This document shows positions 39,815-51,589 of a DNA stretch of 64,000 nucleotides, in pieces (within the stretch, counting starts at the first letter, position 1; each line of letters begins with the position of its first letter). The DNA comes from Octopus bimaculoides (Eukaryota). The position numbers and the translations under genes are program-made. The notes beneath the pieces were generated by a model. That model made no database searches. It saw only the letters and a program-made list of their open reading frames with translations, and had not been told where the DNA came from. The stretch is from NCBI RefSeq assembly GCF_001194135.2, contig NC_069003.1, forward strand, positions 29,476,543-29,540,542. The letters are read 5' to 3'.

Positions 39815-40381
39815 ATATATACGTCTTTCCACACAGTTTCCGTCTAGTTCTCTCACTGGAAATGTTCTCACTAGCTCTCGCTTCCGTCCAGTTCTCTCAC
39901 TGGAAATGAAGCAGAAACCTCGTGACCGCAAAGCGAACTTATTAATCACATAACCATTCCTGCACCTATTAGATATTTCGGTCGTCCTATAGTAGTTACT
40001 TCATAATAGGTTTATAAAAAGTTTCAGTTTACCAAAAGCCCCTAACACATTAGAATCATCGCATCATGGCAAATAAACTATTTCTGTATATGATTGCTAA
40101 CTGAAGCAATATTATTTTTTACGCTTTGTCTAGACTTACAAATTCGTTTACTGTCCTATTGAAAACTTATAATTACAGTTTATAACTCTTTAGCTAGAAT
40201 ATTCATACTTATTGCCTTATTATTATTCTAGTTTTTGCGTTTCGCTCCGTTTTGAGTATTAATTTGACGCGTCTATAATATAAGTTTCCTTTCCTTTTTT
40301 TTCTATTGTACCTTGTCTAAGTCGTACATTCTTCAGTATTTGCATGTCTGTGTTTGGTAAAATTTTCTTGCCTCGGTTTCT

Positions 40382-40409
40382 ACTTCTTCTTCCTTTTCTT
40401 CTTCTTCTT

Positions 40410-40499
<90 letters not shown>

Positions 40500-40501
40500 T
40501 G

Positions 40502-40539
<38 letters not shown>

Positions 40540-41019
40540 CTCTTCTTCTTCTTCTTTGTTTTCTTCTTGTCTTCTTTCATCATCATTATTATTATCATTA
40601 TTATTATCACCATTATTATTATTATTATTATTATGATTATTATTATCTCTTCTTCTTCTTCTTCATTGTTTTCTTCTTGTCTTCTTTCATCATCATTATT
40701 ATTATCATNNNNNNNNNNNNNNNNNNNNNNNNNNNNNNNNNNNNNNNNNNNNNNNNNNNNNNNNNNNNNNNNNNNNNNNNNNNNNNNNNNNNNNNNNNNN
40801 NNNNNNNNNNNNNNNNNNNNNNNNNNNNNNNNNNNNNNNNNNNNNNNNNNNNNNNNNNNNNNNNNNNNNNNNNNNNNNNNNNNNNNNNNNNNNNNNNNNN
40901 NNNNNNNNNNNNNNNNNNNNNNNNNNNNNNNNNNNNNNNNNNNNNNNNNNNNNNNNNNNNNNNNNNNNNNNNNNNNNNNNNNNNNNNNNNNNNNNNNNNN
41001 NNCATCATTATTATTATTA

Positions 41020-41064
<45 letters not shown>

Positions 41065-41254
41065 CATTAGCGCCATCATGTTCATTACCATCACCACTAG
41101 CACCAATATCCTCATCATCCTCAATTTCATCATCATCATCATTAACATTATCATTACAGTTGTTTTTACTTTTATTATTATCATTATCCATATTTTACAT
41201 TTGTCGGTACTGTTATTATTATTGTTGCCTTTATCATCATCATAATCATTATTA

Positions 41255-41310
<56 letters not shown>
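40382..41310. repeat. Compound (CTT)n/(ATT)n/(CAT)n microsatellite block containing gap 40709-41001
   Basis: Direct reading. Confidence 0.95.
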
Positions 41311-41959
41311 TGCTGATAAAAAAAGCAATTCAACGCATCATACAGCTCTTATCGTGTTCCGTAGATTATAATGAACGTGGTGCAGTATGTCTCAAGTATC
41401 CGTCAACGGTTACTTTGATGGTGACAATGCTGTCCATGTTAGCATCTATTATTGCGGTGTCTTTCGTATTTCTTTCATATATCTTTTAATTTATGGCTAT
41501 AACAGAACTTGATATTAAGACTACTACCACTGTTGTTTACAGCTACTGAATGGGAGGAGCAGGAGAAGAGAGAGAGAAAGAAGAAAGGGAGGATGATGAC
41601 GATGATGGCAAGTTGAATCCTCTTCATGTGAAATATTGAAAGATAGATAGACGAACAAGAATGAAAATATTTCAGTGGTTTTTGTTTTTTTAATGTATGT
41701 CTCAAGTACGCAGTAAAATTGGTTTGGACAGACTGTAAATAGAAGAGAAAAATGTATGTTTAATGGAAGAGTGAAGCAGAAGAATATCAAGAATTACATT
41801 GCATGGCTTGTATCAAGAATTTTGAAATACTTAAGAACCCAGCGAGAGAATGAAGACAACACATGTGAGATCGATATCATGTTATATGAGATCGATATCA
41901 TGTTATATGGCATTGAAACTATCGAATGTAGAGAATAAATTATGATGATTGTCGTAGCG

Positions 41960-41986
41960 AAATGATGATGATGTAGATGATGATGT

Positions 41987-42053
<67 letters not shown>
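41960..42053. repeat. (GAT)n microsatellite
   Basis: Direct reading. Confidence 0.95.
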
Positions 42054-42054
<1 letters not shown>

Positions 42055-42204
42055 GTTCGTGGTATGTTCATTGTATGCTGGGAAGCGTTAATGCAAATTT
42101 GCAGTGTGACTTAGTATATCGTACATTACTGATGAGTTGAAATATCTTGCAGGATGGCGTAGAAATGTACAAGTATTGCGTGTTGCAAGGAATTACTATG
42201 TTGT

Positions 42205-42340
42205 GTACTGCGTGGACTGGAGGGGCAATGTGAAATTAAGAGTCTTGGTCAAGAACACAACGCACTGCTGAGAATGGAATTGAACTCACGAACTTACGAT
42301 CGTGAGCCTGATACACTTAGTTGTAAGCCTCGCACCTCCA
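42205..42340 (-). mobile_element. SINE family C, 5' part
   Basis: caagaacacaacgc...aattgaactcacgaacttacgatcgtgag...aagcctcgcacctcca. Confidence 0.75.
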
Positions 42341-42957
42341 ATAAAAGAACTAAAGATCCGAAACATAGGTTAAACCCAATAGTGTTATACAGAATGATCA
42401 CAAAGGAAACATCACTATGTGGAGGAAGTAATGAAGGCAGTTATTTCCGGTTTCGTTTACTGAAGTCAGAATGACTTTCAAGTTGCGCGACCTATACTTG
42501 GGGCTCAGAGAAGATAGCCATCTATTTGTAATGTTTCTTATTATACACTCTCTCCGCCAAGAGTACTATCCATGGTTGCTCATATTTGTCTTGAGTCATG
42601 GTCTGTTAAGGAAACTCCCTCACGATGTTGGTTATAGTCGAAGAGCATCAGCAGGTATGGATGATGTCATTGATATTGTTGTGTCGACGCCCCCAGGCGA
42701 AGAAGTAGGATCTCCCAAGACATATAAATAGATGTAGTCTGGTCATGGTAGGTGTGTTGAGTAACAGTCGAGTAGCAGTTGTGTAGCGGTTGAGTAGAGA
42801 TCATCCGAAGGTGCTAGATAGCAGTAGCTTGAGACATAACAGATATACTGTGAGAGATCTCGGTAATCGAGTCAGTTGGCACCAAACTGAAGGAATATGT
42901 AGAGGTAACTGAAACAGTCATTAAATTAAAATTAGCTGATGACAACTCAACTATTAC

Positions 42958-44014
42958 AAAATATTACAAAATAAAAGTTTGCGTCAACTGCATTAATGTT
43001 ATGTTATTTTTTGGCATTTTTAAATGAAACGTGTCACAGATACGAGGACTAGCAGCAGTTGCACACTGATCTAGATGCTAGATACGATAGGAAAATCCTG
43101 TACACGTGAATTAAGTACTAATGTACCTGATGCAAAATACAGTAAATGAACCGAAGCATGTGGAATACGGCAATAAATACGACCTCTATATGCCATTACA
43201 GTTATTTAACACATTTCATTACTCTTACTCTTTTACTCTTTTACTTGTTTCAGTCAATTGGTTCAATGCAAAGGTGTAAAAGTATTTACGATGTACTGTA
43301 ATTTTCTGCAATGGCGTAGGAGTAATTTTCTGCAATGGAATAAGAGTGGCTGTATGGTAAGTAGCTTGCTTACGAACCACATGGTTCTGGGTTCAGTCCC
43401 ACTGCGTTGCACCTTGGGCAAGTGTCTTCTACTATAGCCTCGGGTCGACCAAAGCCTTGTAAGTGGATTTGGTAGACGGAAACTGAAAGAAGCCCGTCGT
43501 ATATATGTGTATGTATATATATAAATGTGTGTGTTTGTGTGTCTGTGTTTGTCTCCCACCCACCCTAACATCGCTTAACAATCGATGCTGGAGTGTTTAC
43601 GTCCCCGTAACTTAACAGTTCGGCAAAATAGACCGATAGAATAAGTACTAGGCTTACAAAGAATAAGTCCTGGGGTCGATTTGCTCGACTAAAGGTGGTG
43701 CTCCAGCATGACCACAGTCAAATGACTGAAACAAGTAAAAGAGTAAAAGAGTAAGAGTAATTAAATGTGTTAAATAACTGTAATGGCATATAGAGGTCGT
43801 ATTTAGTGCCGTATTCCACATGCTTCTGTTCATTTACTGTATTTTGCATCAGGTACATTAGTACTTAATTCACGTGTGCGGGATTTTCCTATCGTATCTA
43901 ACATCTAGATCAGTGTGAAACTGCTGCTAGTCCTCGTATCTGTGACACGTTTCATTTAAAAATGCCAAAATAACATTAATGCAGTTGAGGCAAACTTTCA
44001 TTTTGTAATATTTT
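42958..44014. repeat. Long inverted duplication: arms 42958-43256 and 43723-44014 around a 466-bp spacer
   Basis: By-eye alignment shows about 9 substitutions and one 7-nt indel over about 292 bp; both arms include the SINE tail tgactgaaacaagtaaaagagtaaaagagtaagag. Confidence 0.95.
43341..43760 (+). mobile_element. Full-length SINE family B
   Basis: Head gagtggctgtatggtaag / ggttcagtccc, internal (AT)/(GT) tract, core ttacgtccccgtaactta...gaataagtactaggc, tail tgactgaaacaagtaaaagag. Confidence 0.9.
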
Positions 44015-45788
44015 AGGAACAATTAGTTTTGGAAAATTTCACTACAAAATTGATAAATTCCAATGTTCCAATATTCTCTTTGCTGTTCGCGTTCAATATC
44101 TCGTATTTTTCGGCTAGATTTTATTGGTGAATAGTTTAGTTTGAGCAATATCGATATTTTCTTTATATTTGATCGAATGTTTTAACAGTAACCAGCATTC
44201 CATCAAAACATTCATCAATGATTCGATTTATTTCAAAGTCAGATAATATATGCTTGTAATGGCAATTATGAAAATCGTAAGCATAAAGGTTTGTAGGGTT
44301 GATAAAGTATTATGATGTTGGTTTTGCTCCTAAGAGTTATTTTATTCAGTATATTTTTTTATGATACCAATAACACCTACTAAAGTCTCAGCCTCTGAGA
44401 CGTATTTACTGGTCTCTTTATATCCAGCGGTCAGATACTTACTAGAGGAGTGTGGTCCTTTGACTCTAAATGGTGTTTATATAGAAAGTGATCGAACATC
44501 GAATAAACAAGTTGATCTCTATATTTGCAAAAATCAGTTACTGTACATTCAATCATTTATGGGTTTTAGCTCATAAACGTTGAACACCATTTTTACGTTG
44601 GAACAGAACCAATCCAACATTTACAAAACCAATCCAGGATTAGTGACGTGTTTTCATTGTAATCCCTCTGGCCCTAATTTTCAACTCATTAAAACTTCGT
44701 TAATAGTCAGTCAACTGACCATTTGAATAGCACGCTCTCTCGTTTTTGTGAAATTAAGATTCACTAAAACTTGTGATGTTCTTAATGAATGTGCAATACT
44801 ACCTGCCTTTTGTGACAAATACTAACACATCATTTGCATTGTTTTCTGTACTTCGTAATTTAATTATAGTATCGTTACATTTCACGGATAATATTTTTTG
44901 ATTTCCAATGCACTAACATTGTAGCTCAAATATTTGACTTCTTTGCGTGAAAAAACCTCATTCTTCCGTATGTCATTTGAAGCCATAATTTTGTAATTTT
45001 AACTATTTAATTCGACATTATTCAAATATTTTCCATCAGTAATCTCGGTGAGGATGCACGTTGCTTTATTCCAGGTAAAATTTGACTAAAACAAAAAACA
45101 AAAAACGTTAGCATATAGCAGTCTCACTAAAAATTACGAATGGTATTCATTTGTATTTATAAAGCATAAAAGACGAGTAATTTTGTGGTTCTTCTATTAA
45201 TTCAATCTGTTGAAATGTGTCTTTTAAAACAATTACGCCGAAATTTTTTCTCACCTTTAAATTATGATAACCCATAATACTGGGGTATAAAGTGGTGATC
45301 TTTTTCAGTCTGTTTCTTTACGCATTCAAATTGAAATTTGAATACTTCTGCAATAACCTAATCCAGCTGTAAATATTTAGAATTCTTAGCACATAAATTA
45401 TCGATTTAGTTTTAGTTTTAAAAATTATTTCCTTTATCAACATTATTAACCCTTTGAACATGGAAAGCGATATATTCTATCAAAATAATTTTATTACCGT
45501 TAACTGCGGAAAGCTGTTTTCTGCGAATGCTTTGGAAAACAACTCTCCATTGAGCTGCGAGATGCGATAACAATCCCTGTGAAACATTTTGCAAAAGACA
45601 ATTTCTTAATTATTTCATATTTTTCGTCAAATATCATTTTACAGATTAAGTAGATATAAAACTTTACCTACAAGGGATAATAAAATGTATTGCACAAGCA
45701 GAAAATATCAATTTTAATTTTTGATGGATAATCAACATCATTATGGGAATTACAATGAGATTTAATTTCATAGTAAAGTATATCAAAT

Positions 45789-45945
45789 GTTTTGCAGAAT
45801 ATCCTCCGTCTTTATGTTCTGAGCTCATATCCCAGTGAGATAGGCTTTCAGTTTCATCCTTTCCGGTCAGAATCAATGAAATAAATACCAGTTATACACT
45901 GGGATCGATGCCAGAAATTTCAGGTGTTGTGCCAATAGCAAAAAA
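45789..45945 (+). mobile_element. SINE family A, 5'-truncated
   Basis: gtctttatgttctgagctcatatc...tttcatcctttccggtc...aaatttcaggtgttgtgcc. Confidence 0.7.
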
Positions 45946-45984
45946 CTTTGTTGAAAAGGCATTTACTTGCATTACCACACTTAT

Positions 45985-46200
45985 GTAACCCTTTCTACTA
46001 TAGGCACAAGTCTGGAACTTGGGGGGAAGTGGGTGAGTCAGTAATATCGATCTCAGTTTTGAACCGGTACTCGTTTTATTGGCCCCGAAAGAATGAAAGG
46101 TAAACTCAAACTTGAAGGCATTTGAACACATAACGCAAAACCGGAAGAAAATACGCTTGACATTTTGCTCGGAACGGTATTTTTTTTTCCTGACTCGGCA
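45985..46200 (-). mobile_element. SINE family A, tail-to-tail with the previous copy
   Basis: ctactataggcacaagtctggaactt...ccccgaaagaatgaaaggtaaactc...catttgaacacataacg. Confidence 0.7.
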
Positions 46201-47189
46201 CATTCTGCATACGTAATAGATACAGAATTAACTTCAATTTCATTTATATTTCACTCATAATCTACCGATAAAATTATCATTACGGTGACTGCAATTTTTA
46301 TAGGATTTTGTGAGATATTTTAATATAAATTTCAAATAATTCTAATTTCAATTTGATGCCATGCATACATTAGCTAAATGTCCACTTTTCTCCTGATTTC
46401 GCAGATTTTGTTATTGCTGTTCAGACATGATTTCATTTCTTAACGAATAAAACTTATCAGACATTTCAGTCGCTTATTTGACCTCACATTATTTTATGTT
46501 TGAGTTATAATCACCAGTTGCTTTAGTTGTCTTTATATAATTCAATGACAGTGAGAAATGTCGCTAAAATCTTTGGTCACTCACATTGTACCGCTAAGAA
46601 ATTATTCAACCTTTTTAGCACGAATAATAGATTTGGTAACTTTTAATATAATACAGACTGTTGTATTCTCGTTGCGTAGACAGGCAAGACGTATTTCTTC
46701 GGCCGGCGAAGACGTGACAATTTGCTTAAATATCAAGCGGTAGACAATTTTCGAAGTGTTATTTCCGAATTTACAATCACGCACCTACAATATCATTTCA
46801 GTTACCCAATCATCATATAATTGACCAGTCTTAACTATACATTATTGTAACTTGATAGAAGAGATCAAACTGTACAAGGTTTTTATTTTTTAATGTAGTG
46901 TCAACTTTTCAGTAATTTTACGAAACATTTCACGTTCTTCAGAGCAGAAATTGGCCGCTTCTTGTCTAATCCACGACCGAAAATACAATTGCTACTTATC
47001 GTTGTCTGCAACGTTTCATAATTTATAAGCGCTCCTTTAGAATTTTAAGATAAATAATTCTTTTATCGCGAGTAACAGAAGGAAAGAAAAATATGGAGCA
47101 TCTTAGACACATATATTTGTGTTGGTATGTAGAGCAACAGCGTTTCACTGAAATAAAAAAAAGACACTTTTTCTATTTCATATATCTTT

Positions 47190-47426
47190 CACTTTTTACT
47201 TGTTTCAATCATTAGACTGCAGCCATGCTGGGGCACTGCCTTGAAGACATTTCAATCAAATGAATCAACCCAAGTATTTATATTTTTTTTAAACGTTGTA
47301 TTCTCTGTGCCGAACCGCTAAGTTATGGGGACGTAAGCACAACAACATCGGTTGTCAAGCTGTAGTGGGAATCACACATAGACACAAAGACACACACACA
47401 CACACATACATACATACATACATACA

Positions 47427-47457
<31 letters not shown>

Positions 47458-47560
47458 GCATGTGTGTGTGTGTATTCAAGACGGGCTTCTTTCAGTTTCC
47501 GTCAACCAAGTCCACTCACACTTTGGTCGGCCCGAGGGTAAAGTTGAATACACTTCCCCA
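47190..47560 (-). mobile_element. SINE family B
   Basis: Tail, core, internal (AC)/(TACA) tract and gacgggcttctttcagtttccgtc all present. Confidence 0.85.
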
Positions 47561-47944
47561 AGTTGTCAATACCTATTGTTGAAAACATTTCGTTTTTAAT
47601 TTCGTAGAGCATTAACGATATTTGTAGGCCGAAATTTTGAGAAGATTAATAACTGCGGGCCGGGCATTGTTTTTTGTTTTTTGTCTTTTTTGAGCAAAAT
47701 ACTTCATGCTACAACATTCCAGTCCACTCAGCGCTAAATGAATTCCACAAATCACTGGAAAGTTAACCCTGCGACGGACCGGCGTCATTATCAGAGGGGA
47801 GTGTTGTAATTTCCATCAGTTACACTCCATCAAAACCATTGAAATGAAAACCGTATGCGTCCTATGACCCGTGGTAGATAGAACGTACTTGCCTGCATGT
47901 CTGTAATACTATAATGACAGGAGTACAATTTTTAAATGAAATAA

Positions 47945-48255
47945 GCGCGTAAGTGGCTTTGTGGTAAGAAATTTGCTTCCCAGCCACATGGTTGCGGATT
48001 CAATACTTGGACAAGGCTCTTCGAATATAGCCCTGGGCCGATCAAAATCTTGTGTATAGTTTTGGCAGACGAAATTTGAAACAAGTCCGTCGCGTGTATG
48101 TATGTGTGCGTGATTTTGTCCCCCACCACGGCTGGACAACCGGTGTTGGTGTGCTTACAGCCCCATAATTAGTGGTTCCACACAAAAGGTTGATAGATTC
48201 CTCAAGGTGGTGCCCCAGCATGGACGCAGTCTCAGTACTGAATCAACTAAAATAC
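47945..48255 (+). mobile_element. SINE family B
   Basis: gtggctttgtggtaagaaatttgcttcccagccacatggtt...ggtgccccagcatggacgcagtc. Confidence 0.8.
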
Positions 48256-48603
48256 AGAGCAAGATAATAAGACGAATGTACAAACAACTTATAGTCTATA
48301 AGGGAATGAACTACTGCTGGAATTAATCATTGTAAATAATTAAAATATAGAAATGGCGAAATCCAAGTTCATATCCAGTCTAGAACATAATTAAACGTCC
48401 GAAACCAATATATTGTAAGATTAAATTATGTAAGAAATTTAATAACTTTTGTGAGCTGCGACAGTATTCTTTTCAGTTTACAGAAGCCAATAATTCAGTT
48501 GAGAAATTAACGCTCGTGTGTATGACTCAAGTTATAAACAAACACACATGTCAATACACGAGCCTAACCTGTATAAACAGGGTTGGCCAAATGTCACCCG
48601 ACA

Positions 48604-49118
48604 NNNNNNNNNNNNNNNNNNNNNNNNNNNNNNNNNNNNNNNNNNNNNNNNNNNNNNNNNNNNNNNNNNNNNNNNNNNNNNNNNNNNNNNNNNNNNNNNN
48701 NNNNNNNNNNNNNNNNNNNNNNNNNNNNNNNNNNNNNNNNNNNNNNNNNNNNNNNNNNNNNNNNNNNNNNNNNNNNNNNNNNNNNNNNNNNNNNNNNNNN
48801 NNNNNNNNNNNNNNNNNNNNNNNNNNNNNNNNNNNNNNNNNNNNNNNNNNNNNNNNNNNNNNNNNNNNNNNNNNNNNNNNNNNNNNNNNNNNNNNNNNNN
48901 NNNNNNNNNNNNNNNNNNNNNNNNNNNNNNNNNNNNNNNNNNNNNNNNNNNNNNNNNNNNNNNNNNNNNNNNNNNNNNNNNNNNNNNNNNNNNNNNNNNN
49001 NNNNNNNNNNNNNNNNNNNNNNNNNNNNNNNNNNNNNNNNNNNNNNNNNNNNNNNNNNNNNNNNNNNNNNNNNNNNNNNNNNNNNNNNNNNNNNNNNNNN
49101 NNNNNNNNNNNNNNNNNN
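48604..49118. other. Assembly gap
   Basis: N-run. Confidence 1.
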
Positions 49119-49119
49119 T

Positions 49120-49292
49120 ATTTCAACCATTTCACCGTGGCCATGCCGCTGGACCACCGCCTTCAGTCGAACAAATCGAATTGAGGACTAACTCTTTTTA
49201 GGCCTAGTACTGTTTCTTTTGCCGAATCATTAAGTTACGGGCACGTAAACACACCAACATCGGTTGTCAAGCGATGGTGGGGGACAAACACA
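49120..49292 (-). mobile_element. SINE family B, 3' half
   Basis: ttacgggcacgtaaacacaccaacatcggttgtcaagcgatgg. Confidence 0.8.
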
Positions 49293-49296
49293 GTAC

Positions 49297-49327
<31 letters not shown>

Positions 49328-49344
49328 AATCCGCTGGAAAAAAA

Positions 49345-49515
49345 ATGAAAGTGACTTATAGGGATGGGCTACAGTCTCCTATGTTGGTAAGGGCCAAAAT
49401 TTGACACCCGCACCAGAACCTCTCCCGAGTAATGAAAAACCGTCATGCCAAATTTGGTACAGATTGATCCAGCTGTTTGGCCGTGCATAGAGGACACACA
49501 CACGCATAGTGAATT

Positions 49516-49578
<63 letters not shown>
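49345..49578 (+). mobile_element. Possible Helitron/Helentron-type non-autonomous element with microsatellites
   Basis: catgccaaatttggtacagattgatccagctgtttggccgtgcatagaggac(ac)n...(gata)n resembles the conserved block of Lep1/HINE-like elements (from recall). Confidence 0.35.
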
Positions 49579-49579
<1 letters not shown>

Positions 49580-49663
49580 AGTAACATTTATGTCTAATAT
49601 GAAATCATATTTACACACGAACACACACACACACGCACGCATTCAAGCAGACACACACACGTG

Positions 49664-49725
<62 letters not shown>

Positions 49726-50099
49726 TGTGTGTGTTAATACTCACACGCTCACATATATGTATATATTAATGCATAAAATCGCTGATGCAGTCACATAGTC
49801 ACATACACGTATATGTAGAGATATCTTTAGCAAGTGAGAGACATGGGAAAGGGCACCTCGTTCAGTTAATCTAGCTTATCTCTAAACACGATATCTCTGC
49901 AGAAAACCTTACGATTTCACGGAACGCATTGAATTCTTTCATTAACACCTAAAAGTGAATCAGTCATTTGTACATTTCTGCTTAGTGTGACTAGTATCTT
50001 TCAACAAATCATGTTTATTTGTCTGTTCGTGTAGATGTCGTTCGTGTTGTGGCGATAATAGTCGTAGTGAATGTGTTGGCGTTGTGGTTGTTGATGTTG

Positions 50100-50166
50100 N
50101 NNNNNNNNNNNNNNNNNNNNNNNNNNNNNNNNNNNNNNNNNNNNNNNNNNNNNNNNNNNNNNNNNN
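50100..50166. other. Assembly gap
   Basis: N-run. Confidence 1.
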
Positions 50167-50266
50167 TGGTGGTGGTGGTGGTGGTGGTGGCGGCGGCGGC
50201 GATGGTAGTGATTAGATCCATTCAACACGTGTTGATTCCAATCTGTTTCTTTCTTATACTTCACAG

Positions 50267-50327
50267 AATCTACATCCACGACTCCGTTATTTCAATGTCT
50301 CGTTTCTCGTTTCAAGCGAGAATGTAG
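50267..50327 (+). other. Candidate 61-nt internal exon
   Basis: Strong acceptor tctgtttctttcttatacttcacag and donor G/GTATGT; two frames open (NLHPRLRYFNVSFLVSSENV or STSTTPLFQCLVSRFKREC). Confidence 0.35.
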
Positions 50328-51510
50328 GTATGTATTTTTGGCAGTCATTCGGTTAACATTTCTAGCGGATCGAGTAAATGATGATGTAGTATCTCTCGTT
50401 TGCGTGGAGAGGTTTCTTTTGTTTTGTTTTATGTTTGTTTGTTTTTTCTTAGTTTTTAAATCTGTTGATGTAAAAATGTAAGTAACAGCAGCCTAATATC
50501 TTAACCAACATTGACAAAAATAAAAAAAATCAAACAAACAAATACAATATTCTACGTAATCTTATGACGGCCAGATAATTTAGATGCATATTTACAGTAA
50601 ATGAAAAATGTATATTTTGAATATGAAACTATATTGTGTAAGTAATAGCATTATCAGATAGACATATACATTACAAAACGTTAAACAGAAACGTTAAAGA
50701 GGGCAAATGTCGATCTTGTATATTACTTCTCGTGTTTGGTTTAGTTGTATAGACATCCATTATATTTCTATATATAAACGACTAAAATAACAATTTCTTC
50801 CCTCTGTTTTTTGTTCGTTTTTCTTTTTGTTTTTTTCTTTTGCTTTTTTTTTCTGCACAAGATGACAATGTAAATGCGCTTGCAGCTAGTATGTTTGGGT
50901 TTTTTTTGCTTTTTTACCGAGTAAATATTCTTACTGGTTACGGTAATTTCATACATACTGCGCATTCTTTGTTTGTTTCGTTTTTTTTTGTTTTATTTTG
51001 TTTTTTTTGTTTTTTCTTAAACTGTTCATTTCAGAATGATTTAGACTTTTTTCACTCGTATTCAAATGTATTATGGATAATGGCTAACAGCAAAGTTCCG
51101 AAAGTAGATATTTGTTTAGAAATAATCTTATGTGTCTAAACATTGAATGTATGTGTTTTGCTTATGCGCTTCATAGCTGTAGGATAGCGACAGAGGATCA
51201 GTCTCTTTAAGACGCCCAGTGTTACAAAAAAACTGAATATTTCGTACCAGTGAGACAACTCATCTGTAGGATATAGGTGTTATTAGCACATATATACATT
51301 AACATCGTTTATGATAGATATATGAGACCTCTGCATATTTCCTCGCCAGAATTTGTTTAAACTTCATCAACACTGTTTGAAATAGATCGTTTAATTTAAA
51401 CATAATCAGCTACATGATTATTTATAAGGCCTGTATGATTCCTGATTATTTGTTTACGCTGTGCTTATTGATCATAATTAATATGCCATTTTTACTCGTA
51501 TTTTGCATAG

Positions 51511-51589
51511 TATAGATGTGTTCGCCGCTCATGGTTTCCAATTGTTTTATACTGAGTGGAGTATGAGTTGCAATTTCGCCACACTGTAG
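51511..51589 (+). other. Candidate exon ending in TAG/GTAAGT
   Basis: Acceptor tttactcgtattttgcatag; one frame gives IDVFAAHGFQLFYTEWSMSCNFATL*. Confidence 0.25.

Larger units (their letters stand above)
44228..47034 (-). pseudogene. Compact multi-exon gene remnant with a C-terminal hydrophobic segment; family not recognised
   Basis: Candidate exons 47034-46922, 46784-46585, ?-45668, 45576-45498, 45366-45255, 45085-44803, 44518-44443, 44329-44228, joined by GT-AG introns of about 90-285 nt. The last three join in phase: ...NDVLVFVTKG-R-DQLVYSMFDHFLYKHHLESKDHTPL-EQNQHHNTLSTLQTFMLTIFIIAITSIYYLTLK*; AATAAA at 44120-44125. In-frame TAA/TAG and homopolymer frameshifts occur upstream. Confidence 0.45.

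Noticed and set aside
45040-45074. Plus-strand 35-nt micro-exon (cag/TAATCTC...CCAG/gtaaaa)
   Set aside because: Overlaps a better-supported minus-strand exon and has no independent support.
45255-45366. FIPQYYG...LLMENI as an inositol polyphosphate kinase motif
   Set aside because: Needs a non-consensus donor, and the diagnostic PxxxDxKxG motif does not follow.
44228-47034. Idea that the recurring in-frame TAA/TAG codons reflect a ciliate-type code or stop recoding by A-to-I editing
   Set aside because: Octopus-type SINEs are interleaved, frameshifts also occur, TAA is the commonest stop in AT-rich DNA, and UAA would need two edits to become UGG.
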